Source: a virus | Lineage: Duplodnaviria; Caudoviricetes | Virus record (IMG/VR): IMGVR_UViG_3300042268_000564 | DNA: 64,000 bases | Direction: 5' to 3' (one strand) | In this document: positions 1 to 8,999 of the stretch, in pieces | Numbering within the stretch: the stretch's first letter is position 1 | Layout of the letters: each line of letters begins with the position of its first letter | Program-made: the position numbers and the translations under genes | Notes under the pieces: model-generated | What the model was told of the DNA's origin: nothing | The model's input: the letters and a program-made list of their open reading frames with translations, nothing else | Databases searched by the model: none

Positions 1-1
1 T

Positions 2-2875
2 AATCAGTCTGGTTTATTGGCGAGAGAGACACAAATACAATATCGAGCTGGTGCTACGCAGTTATTAATGCAATTACAGAAGGATTCTCCGCTTTCAGAT
101 GTGTCGGGTGAAAGAATTGACCCGCAAACTCCTGAATTGCAGTTTATTATGGAGGATATTACTCAGGATGAACGAGATGTGGCTACAAGAGCGGTCTTGC
201 GACAATTAAGTTCTGGCACATTGACAGGAATGTCTAAGAAAAATTGTTTTAAATATCCAGAGCTGCGATTTCAAGCTGAAGATGGGCATTACGGTGTAGA
301 TGGAACAAACGTGGAGACCATTGAGCTTGAGGGTAGTGGATTTTTTGTAGAAGATTTCTTAAAGCAATTTGACGAGGATAAAGAAGGTTGGAAATTTGCC
401 AGCAGGCTTGATGCAAAAAAACAGTATAAAGAATTTGATGATAAATTTTATGAGGCAATGGACAGTGATTTAACCTCTCGCAGCGATGAGGATGGCGAGT
501 ATGATATAGAATACAAAAAACGTATCATTCCTGCGTCAGGTCGTAGAGATGTAATGCTTAAAGTTGAGGGGGAAGATAATAAAGTTCCTCTTTTAAGCAG
601 TAAACTCGAAACTCTTACTGATGAAAATAAGCAGTTTATTGGGCAAAAAGGTTATCTTTATAAGACGCATGATGACAAAGATGTAATGGAAGATGGCTAT
701 CTTTGTAATCCGAAAGGTAGGGTAGCATTTACTCATTACACACGCTCAGGAATTGATATAAGAGAGCTTGACCCTGATATTGATTTTCATGGGATTCAGG
801 CAAGCTTTAATTTGTATGGTTGGGACTTGGGGCAGTATTCCATTTTACATGAGTATTCCAAGAATCGTGATTCAGCGGAAATGACTTTTGGCCCTTATCC
901 GTTACCTTTAGCTGGTTTTGTAATGGAATCTGCTAAGATTGATTATGGTAAGGTTGCTAATAATGCTGCAATACCTACATTGCCAGTAGCTCACACACAA
1001 TATCCTCAGAAAAGTTTAAAAGATGATGACCATTCTGGTAGAACTACTTTGACTACTTATGGTGAAACTGCTACATGGGTTGGAATTGAGCAATTTTCAT
1101 CTCACATTCAACAAGTTTCAGGAAACTTTGATGATTTTTTGGGTGACACAAATTCCGAGACCTCTATGACGGAAGGTTTGGCTGAGGGCAGATTCGGCAG
1201 CAGGCTTCTTTTTAAGGACTATGTAATCCATGCCACACCAGATGATGACAAGACGCCATTAATAGCAGCAGCAAAATGGCAAAACAAACGTGGCGAGACT
1301 CACAAGTTGCTCGCACCAAAAGGTTCGGTAGAGCTGCATCACTATACAGGGTCAGGCTTGGCTTTTTATGATAAAAAGCAGCATTATATCAGTAAGTTTG
1401 GTGGCGGACATTCGATGGCGATGCGATTGAGTTTGCGCAGTTTTAATTTTATTGAGATGAAAGATAATGAGGCTGTGAATCCTTACGCAAATGATGACGG
1501 TTATTTTTTCTGTGAGATGCTGTCGAATGAAGTGGTGGACAAAGAGCCATATACTTTCTCATTGGATGAAAATGCTTTTGACGAAGAGGGTTCCCCAAGA
1601 GGGAAGGCACCGTCAGAAGCGCATGGGAAACGTGCTGCAACAACAGGTTTTGCACATGGTACAACAAGAACTGAAAAGTGGGAAATTGACCCTAAGTTTT
1701 ATATTGAGGATTATGTTATTCCGCAGGAAAGTGATGCAGGAATAGACTATTTCCCATCCCATATTTACAAGCCTAAAGAAGGGAAAGAACCAAGAAAACT
1801 TCTTATGCCGAAGGGCGAGGGGGGTATAACTTTTTGGAATTATTCTCAAGTAAAATTTGGGGATTGGGAAAAACAGAATGAGGAGGGGATTGACCCTGAA
1901 GACGTTGCTCGTGGCAAAAAGCAGAGACCTTATACGTATCTTGAATTGAATGCGTGGAATAACCAGAAGATAGATAGTCCAGACGAATGTCCTGCTCAAC
2001 CATACGTAGAGCCGTCGGCGGCTTTAGAAATGTCTTGTACTGCAAATATGGCTAATTACAATGGCAAAGATGCTGTGACGCTCGTATTGGAAACGCATTC
2101 CAACAAAGTTGAAAGTGAGTCGCATGGTTGTGCGCTTCTTTTTGAAGATTATGTGGATTATTCAGGTGATGAGGGGGAATCTTGCCATATATATGATGAT
2201 TCGGACGATGCATCAAAACGCAAGCCATTATTAATGCCAAAGGGCAGCTTGACGTTGCAGCATTATACAAAATCGGGCTTATTTATCTGGGATGCAGATA
2301 TAAAAGATAAGGACTCTCATAAGCCATATATGGAATTAAGGCTCACACCTTGGGATGAAGACAAGCCAAAAGCCGAGCCTGTGGCTATATTTTTTGCGCA
2401 AGACCAGACGACGCCTAAAACTGAAGAGGCTGTTAAGATGGGGCTTGTTCATGTTGATACTGTGACGGGGTTAAAAGTTGTTGACACTTTAAACGAAAAA
2501 GATAAGCATCAAATGATAACTTCGTTACATCATCGTGGCGAGGAAGAGTCATATTTAACGTTCACCGACAAAGACGATGAAGGCACAGATGTTAAGGTTG
2601 AGCTGCGGCACAAGGCTGGAGATTATTTGCAAATTGAATCTAATAATGAAACAGAAGTTTTATTAAAACTGAATCATCATACTGATATGGGGATTAAGTT
2701 CTTTAATACTGGTGGCAATAATTTGGCAGAACTTTATCATCCATCAGGTGCGGCTGTTACAATTCTGAATGATGGAACAATACAGCTTAAGCCTGTGACG
2801 CAGGTTTTAGTGGATGGCGATTTACATGTTGCTGGCACTATAACGTCGCCGGGTGGCGAATGGCACATGCCGTAA
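2..2875 (+). CDS. Very large baseplate central spike-like protein (gpV/gp5-type C-terminus), probably 5'-truncated by the window edge
   Basis: Frame is open from position 2. The C-terminus (ELYHPSGAAVTILNDGTIQLKP...VDGDLHVAGTITSPGGEWH) resembles spike beta-helix/apex regions. It lies directly upstream of gp25-like and baseplate-J-like genes. Confidence 0.6.
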   Translation, partial: NQSGLLARETQIQYRAGATQLLMQLQKDSPLSDVSGERIDPQTPELQFIMEDITQDERDVATRAVLRQLSSGTLTGMSKKNCFKYPELRFQAEDGHYGVDGTNVETIELEGSGFFVEDFLKQFDEDKEGWKFASRLDAKKQYKEFDDKFYEAMDSDLTSRSDEDGEYDIEYKKRIIPASGRRDVMLKVEGEDNKVPLLSSKLETLTDENKQFIGQKGYLYKTHDDKDVMEDGYLCNPKGRVAFTHYTRSGIDIRELDPDIDFHGIQASFNLYGWDLGQYSILHEYSKNRDSAEMTFGPYPLPLAGFVMESAKIDYGKVANNAAIPTLPVAHTQYPQKSLKDDDHSGRTTLTTYGETATWVGIEQFSSHIQQVSGNFDDFLGDTNSETSMTEGLAEGRFGSRLLFKDYVIHATPDDDKTPLIAAAKWQNKRGETHKLLAPKGSVELHHYTGSGLAFYDKKQHYISKFGGGHSMAMRLSLRSFNFIEMKDNEAVNPYANDDGYFFCEMLSNEVVDKEPYTFSLDENAFDEEGSPRGKAPSEAHGKRAATTGFAHGTTRTEKWEIDPKFYIEDYVIPQESDAGIDYFPSHIYKPKEGKEPRKLLMPKGEGGITFWNYSQVKFGDWEKQNEEGIDPEDVARGKKQRPYTYLELNAWNNQKIDSPDECPAQPYVEPSAALEMSCTANMANYNGKDAVTLVLETHSNKVESESHGCALLFEDYVDYSGDEGESCHIYDDSDDASKRKPLLMPKGSLTLQHYTKSGLFIWDADIKDKDSHKPYMELRLTPWDEDKPKAEPVAIFFAQDQTTPKTEEAVKMGLVHVDTVTGLKVVDTLNEKDKHQMITSLHHRGEEESYLTFTDKDDEGTDVKVELRHKAGDYLQIESNNETEVLLKLNHHTDMGIKFFNTGGNNLAELYHPSGAAVTILNDGTIQLKPVTQVLVDGDLHVAGTITSPGGEWHMP

Positions 2876-2908
2876 TTGTGTAAAGTTTTAAAGCAGGAGA
2901 ATTGAAAA

Positions 2909-3316
2909 GTGATAGCAGGATTAGAACAGCTCGGAATTGGGTTAGCTGAAACATTTTCTACTCGTGAAGCATTTATAAGCGAGCAGAATGATATTGCCAC
3001 GACCGCTGATGAGTTGGAAAATTTTGCTAATGCAATCTGGCGAAGGATAATGACCCCGCTGGGGTTTTATCCAGAATTTCCTGATTATGGTTGCGAGATT
3101 CATTCCCTGCGGGGACTTGGGTTTGTGCCTGAGACGTTAAGCTTGGCTGAAATTTTTGTAACGCAGGCTCTTGTTCGAGAGGTAAGAGTGCAGAAAATCG
3201 TATCTATTTCTGTATATCCAACCGATTACAGAGCACTAGCATTTTACGTGGTGTTGCAGCCGATTGATACGCCAAATCCATATGTAATGACATTTGATTA
3301 TTTTCTGGAAAATTAA
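2909..3316 (+). CDS. Baseplate wedge protein, gp25/GPW-like
   Basis: 135 aa with RRIMTPLG..PDYGCEIHSLRG..ALVREVRVQKI pattern; located between spike and baseplate J. Confidence 0.8.
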   Translation: MIAGLEQLGIGLAETFSTREAFISEQNDIATTADELENFANAIWRRIMTPLGFYPEFPDYGCEIHSLRGLGFVPETLSLAEIFVTQALVREVRVQKIVSISVYPTDYRALAFYVVLQPIDTPNPYVMTFDYFLEN

Positions 3317-3328
3317 AGGGGTTATAAA

Positions 3329-5395
3329 ATGCCAACTTTCAGGGTATTTGATGTAGATGCTTTGCCATCAACGCAAGATTTATTAAGCGAATCGCTTGTT
3401 AATATAGTTGCTACAACGCCGGGGATAACAGATATTGCGGTTGGCAGTAAGTTGTGGAGTATTTGTTATGCTATTGCTCGTCAAAAAGCGTCGATTTATT
3501 ACACGCTCCATTTTTATAAAAAACAATCTTATGTTATTACAGCGTCGGGCAAATATCTTGACTTGCATGGCATAGAAGTCGGTGTTTTCCGACAGCCTGC
3601 CATTTCTGCAAGAGGGCAAGCAACTTTTTCAAGAACGTCACCGTCAGCTTATAAAATCCTTATCCCATCTGGGACAGTTGTTACAACGCCTGTTCTTAGC
3701 ACTGCGTCTGATGTCAAGAAATTTGTAACCACTGAAGATGTTTTCATTGAAGTCGGTGGGACTACTGCGACTGTTGATGTTGCGGCGGCTGTTGCGGGTG
3801 AAACAGGGAATTTGCCTGCTGGTGCGATTGCAAGAATAGAAGCCCCTATAGCGGGGGTTCAGGCAGTAACGGCTACTTCAACGAGTGGTGGGACTGAGAT
3901 TGAATCTGATGAATCTTTGCGAGAGCGCATTTTGTCTGCGTGGGCTGGCAGGATGTCGGGAACCTCAGACGCAATTCGAGATGCGATTCTATCTGTAACT
4001 GGAATACGAAGTGTTCTTATTATTGACCCTGCAAGAAATAGAGTCAAGCAGTCGCACATGATAAAATCGCTTGCTGGACAACCGATGGTATCTTTGGAAA
4101 CCAAAACGCCACTCGAAGCCAAGTATGATTTATATTCAAGCTTGCAATATGAGGATGATGGTCTAACTTTGAATATTAAGCAGTATGATGATACTGGGAA
4201 TCTTTTGTATGCAGAAAAAGCATCTGCATTGTCGGATGGGATTAGTGTTTTAGCCAAGGTGAATTATCTAAGTAAGAGTGCAATTATAGAGATTTTTTCG
4301 ATTGCACTTGATGATAACCCTTATGATGACCTAAGCCCGGTTGCTACAGACCGTCAGGCAGTATATGTTAGGACACTGAGCGAAGAAGTTAGCAACCAGC
4401 CTGTAACTCTTATTATTGCGAAAGACCCAAGTAACGCCGAGAATAAAAGGCTTGTTGTTTCTACATTTGCACAATTCAGACACAATGAAATACTTGGACA
4501 GACAGAAGTTACGCCATTGGTTGAGGTATTTGATGGATTTCAAACATATTCGGGAATGTGCAATAAAGTAAATGCCGAGTCTAAACTTATCCAGATGGAA
4601 CTTTTGGATGTTAAAGTTGCCACAGAGGAATTAATGCCTACGTGGAATCAGGCATATTCTACGAATACCGTTCAAACTAAATTTAGACCAATTGTTGAGC
4701 TGTTGTCGCCAACAGGGAGTAATTTCGAGGTGCTTGACCAGACTAACGGAATTATAAAAGTCGGGTCTGGGGCAGTGATGTCTGCGATAGAGTTCAGTTA
4801 TAGATACGAGACTGATTTTGGTTCAAGGTCGGTCGAGGAATTGACAATTAATTTGCAAGATGATGGGTCGAGTCTCGTATATGCAATGCCTCTTACTGGT
4901 TATTCTGATGAGTTAATGGAAAATGTTTCTTATTTGACAGAAATTCCTGCTGTTTATACTGAGACAAAAATGGAGCCACATTATGAATTAGTGAGAGGTC
5001 GTATCGACGTGGTGCCTGTGCCTTATGCTCTGCCAATAAGTGATGAGTTAGTAGCGGAGGTGGTTGCGGCGGCAGAAAGAGTTAAGCCTGCTGGCGTAGA
5101 GCTTTATATCCAGTCGCCAAGCGTTCAATATATCGATGTTTCTGTGGTAATAGAAGTGGAAACTAAGAATGACGCTATATTGCCATCTCAATTTTACGAG
5201 ACAATTAGAACCAATATTACGAATTACATAAATCAGCTCGACATGGGCGAGGCGGCTTATGTTGAAAGAATTATTGCTGCGGCGAATCCTGATATCGAGG
5301 GTTTAAAAGTGGCTCATGTTTTGAGTCCAGAAAATGATATATCACCTGCGCCATTAACATTCTTGCGAGCAGGCACTATTGAGTTTGTGGAGTAA
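3329..5395 (+). CDS. Baseplate J-like protein with a large internal insertion
   Basis: TASGKYLDLHG..R.PA..ARG, IPSGTVV, GETGNLPAGAI, GGTEIESDESLRERI and a C-terminal KPAGV...GTIEF. About 320 extra residues lie between the conserved halves. Confidence 0.9.
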   Translation: MPTFRVFDVDALPSTQDLLSESLVNIVATTPGITDIAVGSKLWSICYAIARQKASIYYTLHFYKKQSYVITASGKYLDLHGIEVGVFRQPAISARGQATFSRTSPSAYKILIPSGTVVTTPVLSTASDVKKFVTTEDVFIEVGGTTATVDVAAAVAGETGNLPAGAIARIEAPIAGVQAVTATSTSGGTEIESDESLRERILSAWAGRMSGTSDAIRDAILSVTGIRSVLIIDPARNRVKQSHMIKSLAGQPMVSLETKTPLEAKYDLYSSLQYEDDGLTLNIKQYDDTGNLLYAEKASALSDGISVLAKVNYLSKSAIIEIFSIALDDNPYDDLSPVATDRQAVYVRTLSEEVSNQPVTLIIAKDPSNAENKRLVVSTFAQFRHNEILGQTEVTPLVEVFDGFQTYSGMCNKVNAESKLIQMELLDVKVATEELMPTWNQAYSTNTVQTKFRPIVELLSPTGSNFEVLDQTNGIIKVGSGAVMSAIEFSYRYETDFGSRSVEELTINLQDDGSSLVYAMPLTGYSDELMENVSYLTEIPAVYTETKMEPHYELVRGRIDVVPVPYALPISDELVAEVVAAAERVKPAGVELYIQSPSVQYIDVSVVIEVETKNDAILPSQFYETIRTNITNYINQLDMGEAAYVERIIAAANPDIEGLKVAHVLSPENDISPAPLTFLRAGTIEFVE

Positions 5396-5398
5396 ATA

Positions 5399-7753
5399 AT
5401 GCTAACACCACAACAAATACTTGAGAAAATGTTGGAATGTGTTGCGTCTTTCGACGGGGCGCATACTGAAGAGTCTTTAGACCGAGCGATATTAAGAGCT
5501 GAGGCTAATTCTCTTTTTAGAATCCTGAGAGTTATTGAAGAAAGTTCAGGGCAGAGATTTGCAGTAACTGCGTCGGGGAAATATCTTGACCTTATCGGGC
5601 AAAGCATGTCACGGCCTAGATACGCTGGTGAATCTGATGATGATTATCGTGCGAGACTTGTGTTTAATGAGCGATTCTGGAATGATGTCACCGTAGCAGG
5701 CATCAAGGAAATGATAAAAAATTACTATGGTATCGACCTTGATAATGATGAATATGAAGAAACTAGACTTGTAGAGCTGTATCGTTCAGCCGCAGCCTTC
5801 CTTAGCGATGAAGAAGAGTGTGAAATAAAGCCTTGGGGTGAATTTGGTGCAGAATGGTTGGGTGCCAATACATTGCCCGGTGCGTTTGAAGTGCATTTGA
5901 GATGTTTTCAAGACGGCGAAGAAAAGCTCATTAAGAAACGCCATGTAAAAGAAAAGCTTATGCAGGTGCGAGCCGCAGGTATTGTGGTTTTGCTTTATTT
6001 TCATATAAGTTTTGGTGCCGACGCTATGATGCCGCCAGAAGGTGGGATAAGCGAGCTTGAATTAATTCAAAAAGAGACAGTGCCAATCCCTGAAGTTGAC
6101 CATGAATTCGAAGTCGAGATAACGAATAACGAGATTTCGTCTATTGTTGAGAGTGCTACTGATAAATTAAGAGGTTTAGTGTCTCGTAGAATTGTTCATA
6201 TCGACCAGAAAAATAAATGTCGTCCTGATTATCAGGAAGAATTTAATAGAATCACGACACCTCTTGAAATGGCGAAGTTTAATGCAGGGGAAGGTATGAG
6301 ACGTGCTGAACCTTTCAGATTTCGACAAAGTCGTTTAAGAAATTCTTGCTGGCGTTTTTATTATGGGACGAAATATGAAGAAATGGATATCACTGCCGCT
6401 TCTTTAACTCTGTCATTGGCATGGAATAAGCCTTCTACTTTCTATCCTCAGCAATATAAGGTTTATTATGATGAGGGGGGCAAAACGCTTGACGGGACAG
6501 GCTTATATTTAAACGGTGAAAGAGTAGACTCCCCTTTTACTGTTTCTGCTGCGATGCTTCAAGACCAAGACCAGCCAGCAATAGTTTTAACAAATGCCTC
6601 TTTGTCGGGGCTTTATTATTTTGAGATTGCTGCGATTATGCCGAATGGTGACGAACTGAAGCCATTGAATTCAGCATATTCTACATATAATGCAGGGATT
6701 CACACTTATTACACAAGACCGAATCCTATGGTAGATGCAACGCATCATTATCGTGGGGATGATACCTACGGGGTAGATTTTTATTCATTGATGGAATATT
6801 GTAATTTCTGGTGGCGTGTTTCATCTGTAGAGAATGGAACAGTATCAGCTACCTCATTGCCTTGGAAATTAACCGTTTACAAGACACAGGAGCCTATCAG
6901 TAGATTCTGGTGGCGTGTAACAACTGTCGATGGACAGGTCTTGAGCGCACCTTCAAAAGCGGCATTATTAAAGCTTGTCGGACAATCGAATATGGCGGAA
7001 CCCTCTCGTCAGGATTTGATGCAGGTTGTAAGGTGGGGTGCGTATGCCAATAACATAAATTTGCCCTCAATTGCTCAGTCGGATTCACAGTTGACGATAA
7101 TGGAGAGATTTGATTCAAGTTACAATAACTTTTCCAGATTGGATATTTTGTCCCTGAAAACAAGTAGGACACCAGCCCGATTGATTTTAGCGAAATTGCC
7201 AGTTTGTGGTGCAAGACAAGATGACCCAATACTGCAACAAATAGATGCCGCTGATAAAGGCGTCGCCGTTGCTGGTTACATTCCTTTTAATTGGCAGTCT
7301 GTGTTTGTTAAAGATAAGTTCCGTCAGCTTATGGATAAAATAGTCTCGGCAGGATATGACGGTGTTTTGCTTGACGGGCTGTGGTTAAATGATGTTTTTG
7401 GCGATGAAATATCAGCCGTGGAATTGGTTAAAGAGATAATTAATTACTTCAGGGTGATTAAATCGAAGCCATTGTTTTATGTTCTAATAAGAGGGCAGGA
7501 ACATTGGGTGGCACATTATGACCTGTTTAATTCATTGTCGGGGGTTCTTTCCGAGAATCTATTTTATGTTGGTGATGTTGAACAGCCAGCGGCAGTTACG
7601 CAAGATAAAGTGGGGTATTTGAATGTGTTTCACACAAATGGAAAAAGAGTGTTTGTGATTGATTATGTAGTGGATTCAGGGTTGCAGATTCTGTTCAAAC
7701 AAAAATGCGCAGCTCTTGGCTACGCATCTTTTATTACTGGTCAGAATTGGTAA
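5399..7753 (+). CDS. Baseplate wedge protein fused to an Fn3-like region and a C-terminal GH114/TM1410-like TIM-barrel domain
   Basis: N-term TASGKYLDLIG..RYAGESDDDYRARL..VRAAGI. Middle LSLAW..YKVYY..YYFEIAA plus two FWWRV hairpins. C-term GYDGVLLD..GVLSENLFY..GKRVFVIDY. Confidence 0.7.
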   Translation: MLTPQQILEKMLECVASFDGAHTEESLDRAILRAEANSLFRILRVIEESSGQRFAVTASGKYLDLIGQSMSRPRYAGESDDDYRARLVFNERFWNDVTVAGIKEMIKNYYGIDLDNDEYEETRLVELYRSAAAFLSDEEECEIKPWGEFGAEWLGANTLPGAFEVHLRCFQDGEEKLIKKRHVKEKLMQVRAAGIVVLLYFHISFGADAMMPPEGGISELELIQKETVPIPEVDHEFEVEITNNEISSIVESATDKLRGLVSRRIVHIDQKNKCRPDYQEEFNRITTPLEMAKFNAGEGMRRAEPFRFRQSRLRNSCWRFYYGTKYEEMDITAASLTLSLAWNKPSTFYPQQYKVYYDEGGKTLDGTGLYLNGERVDSPFTVSAAMLQDQDQPAIVLTNASLSGLYYFEIAAIMPNGDELKPLNSAYSTYNAGIHTYYTRPNPMVDATHHYRGDDTYGVDFYSLMEYCNFWWRVSSVENGTVSATSLPWKLTVYKTQEPISRFWWRVTTVDGQVLSAPSKAALLKLVGQSNMAEPSRQDLMQVVRWGAYANNINLPSIAQSDSQLTIMERFDSSYNNFSRLDILSLKTSRTPARLILAKLPVCGARQDDPILQQIDAADKGVAVAGYIPFNWQSVFVKDKFRQLMDKIVSAGYDGVLLDGLWLNDVFGDEISAVELVKEIINYFRVIKSKPLFYVLIRGQEHWVAHYDLFNSLSGVLSENLFYVGDVEQPAAVTQDKVGYLNVFHTNGKRVFVIDYVVDSGLQILFKQKCAALGYASFITGQNW

Positions 7754-7831
7754 TTAACGACCGAAGTTCTGTCTTTCTTCAACTTCTCGCTCACCGTTAA
7801 TGCGAGCTGCTGCACTGCCACCGTTTTCAAG

Positions 7832-8059
7832 TCACACTTCGTAGTCGGCTTCAGCCTTAGCTTCCCAGTAGAGGTCTGCTGGATACCAGAAAGAAAGGTC
7901 TATCATGCCAGTTTCAGCTACTTTATTTTCGAGCCAAACAGCCTGTTTCAAAGTAAGAGGTTTATGAATATATATTAAAATGTCGCCATCTACTTCAACA
8001 TACACATTGGTATTGTCCCTGCTAACGCTTGTTATAGGTCTCATCGCGGCTACGTTCAT
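7832..8059 (-). CDS. Small early-type hypothetical protein, possibly prematurely terminated (the frame continues to 7754)
   Basis: AAGGAG RBS and a TTGACA/TATAAT promoter upstream. An in-frame 25-codon continuation follows the TGA. Confidence 0.65.
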   Translation of the reverse strand: MNVAAMRPITSVSRDNTNVYVEVDGDILIYIHKPLTLKQAVWLENKVAETGMIDLSFWYPADLYWEAKAEADYEV

Positions 8060-8122
8060 ATTCGGTCTCCTTTGTTTTTTTCTTTATACTCTTATTATAA
8101 TCAAATATAAAAAAGTGTCAAG
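8060..8122 (-). promoter_or_regulatory. Sigma70-type promoter plus conserved leader/RBS cassette (copy 1)
   Basis: On the minus strand: TTGACA (8121-8116), 16 nt, TATAAT (8099-8094), then AAGAGTATAAAGA...ACAAAGGAGACCGAAT-ATG. Close match to 61781-61844. Confidence 0.85.
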
Positions 8123-8182
8123 TGTTTTTGAAAAAAAGTGATGCCCTCTACCATGTAAAGTATTTGAGAAATGGAGGGCATT

Positions 8183-8977
8183 ATGTTCAACTTGGATAAC
8201 AGTGTTCATTCTTACATGTATGGTTTTTTTAGTGCTGATGGTAATTTGTATGAAATGTCGAGAAATAGGGGTAGATTTTCGATTGAATTGTCTGTTGTTG
8301 ATGTAGAAATTTTGGAAAGATTCAAGGTGGTGTTGGAGGGAATTGGTTATACAGTTAGTCTAACGAGTCGGACTCGGAACACTAATTTTAAAAAAAATTA
8401 TTGTAGTAGCGTTTTGAGATTACATTCGTTTGATTTTCGTCAATGTTTGAAAAGATTGGGATATATTGCAGGAAACAAAGCAGGCATGTCGCTACCGGCG
8501 GGAGATTATTCTATAAGGGATTATCTGAGAGGGTATTTTGACGCTAATGGGTCGGTTGGTTTTACAGCCAAAGGCTTTCCTTTTATTTGTCTCGGCACGC
8601 CAAATGAAAATGTTGCGAATCTATGGAAGGAGTATGCTGGTAAAATTACTGGCTATTATAGCTCTGTTAAAAGAAACGCAAGGGATGGTTACTACAATAT
8701 TATGTTTAACAAAGAACGGGCGCAAGAGGTAATAAAAAATCTTTATACAGAGGATTGTATTTGTCTCAGACGAAAGAAGATTGTTGCTGAACAGGTTTTG
8801 TTGTGGCAACGTCCCGACAATATGCGCAAACACGTTCGGCAGGTTTGGGAAGCGTGGGAAGATGATTATGTATTGTCGCATTCCATAAAAGATAGTGTTG
8901 AAAAATTACAGAGGTCGTATTCGAGTATTGTATCAAGACGTGGAGTTTTAAAAAAGCTGAATAAAGTATTAGGTTAG
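8183..8977 (+). mobile_element. Free-standing double-motif LAGLIDADG homing endonuclease with a C-terminal helical (Myb/HTH-like) extension
   Basis: Motifs YMYGFFSADGNL and YLRGYFDANGSV; C-term WEAWEDDYVL..LQRSYSSIVSRR. GGAGG RBS favours the ATG at 8183. Confidence 0.85.
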
Positions 8978-8999
8978 AAACCTTTTGGAGGCTATTCCG

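Noticed and set aside
8183-8977. LAGLIDADG ORF as part of an intein or group I intron
   Set aside because: It has its own RBS, start and stop, no splicing-domain termini, and the flanking genes look complete.
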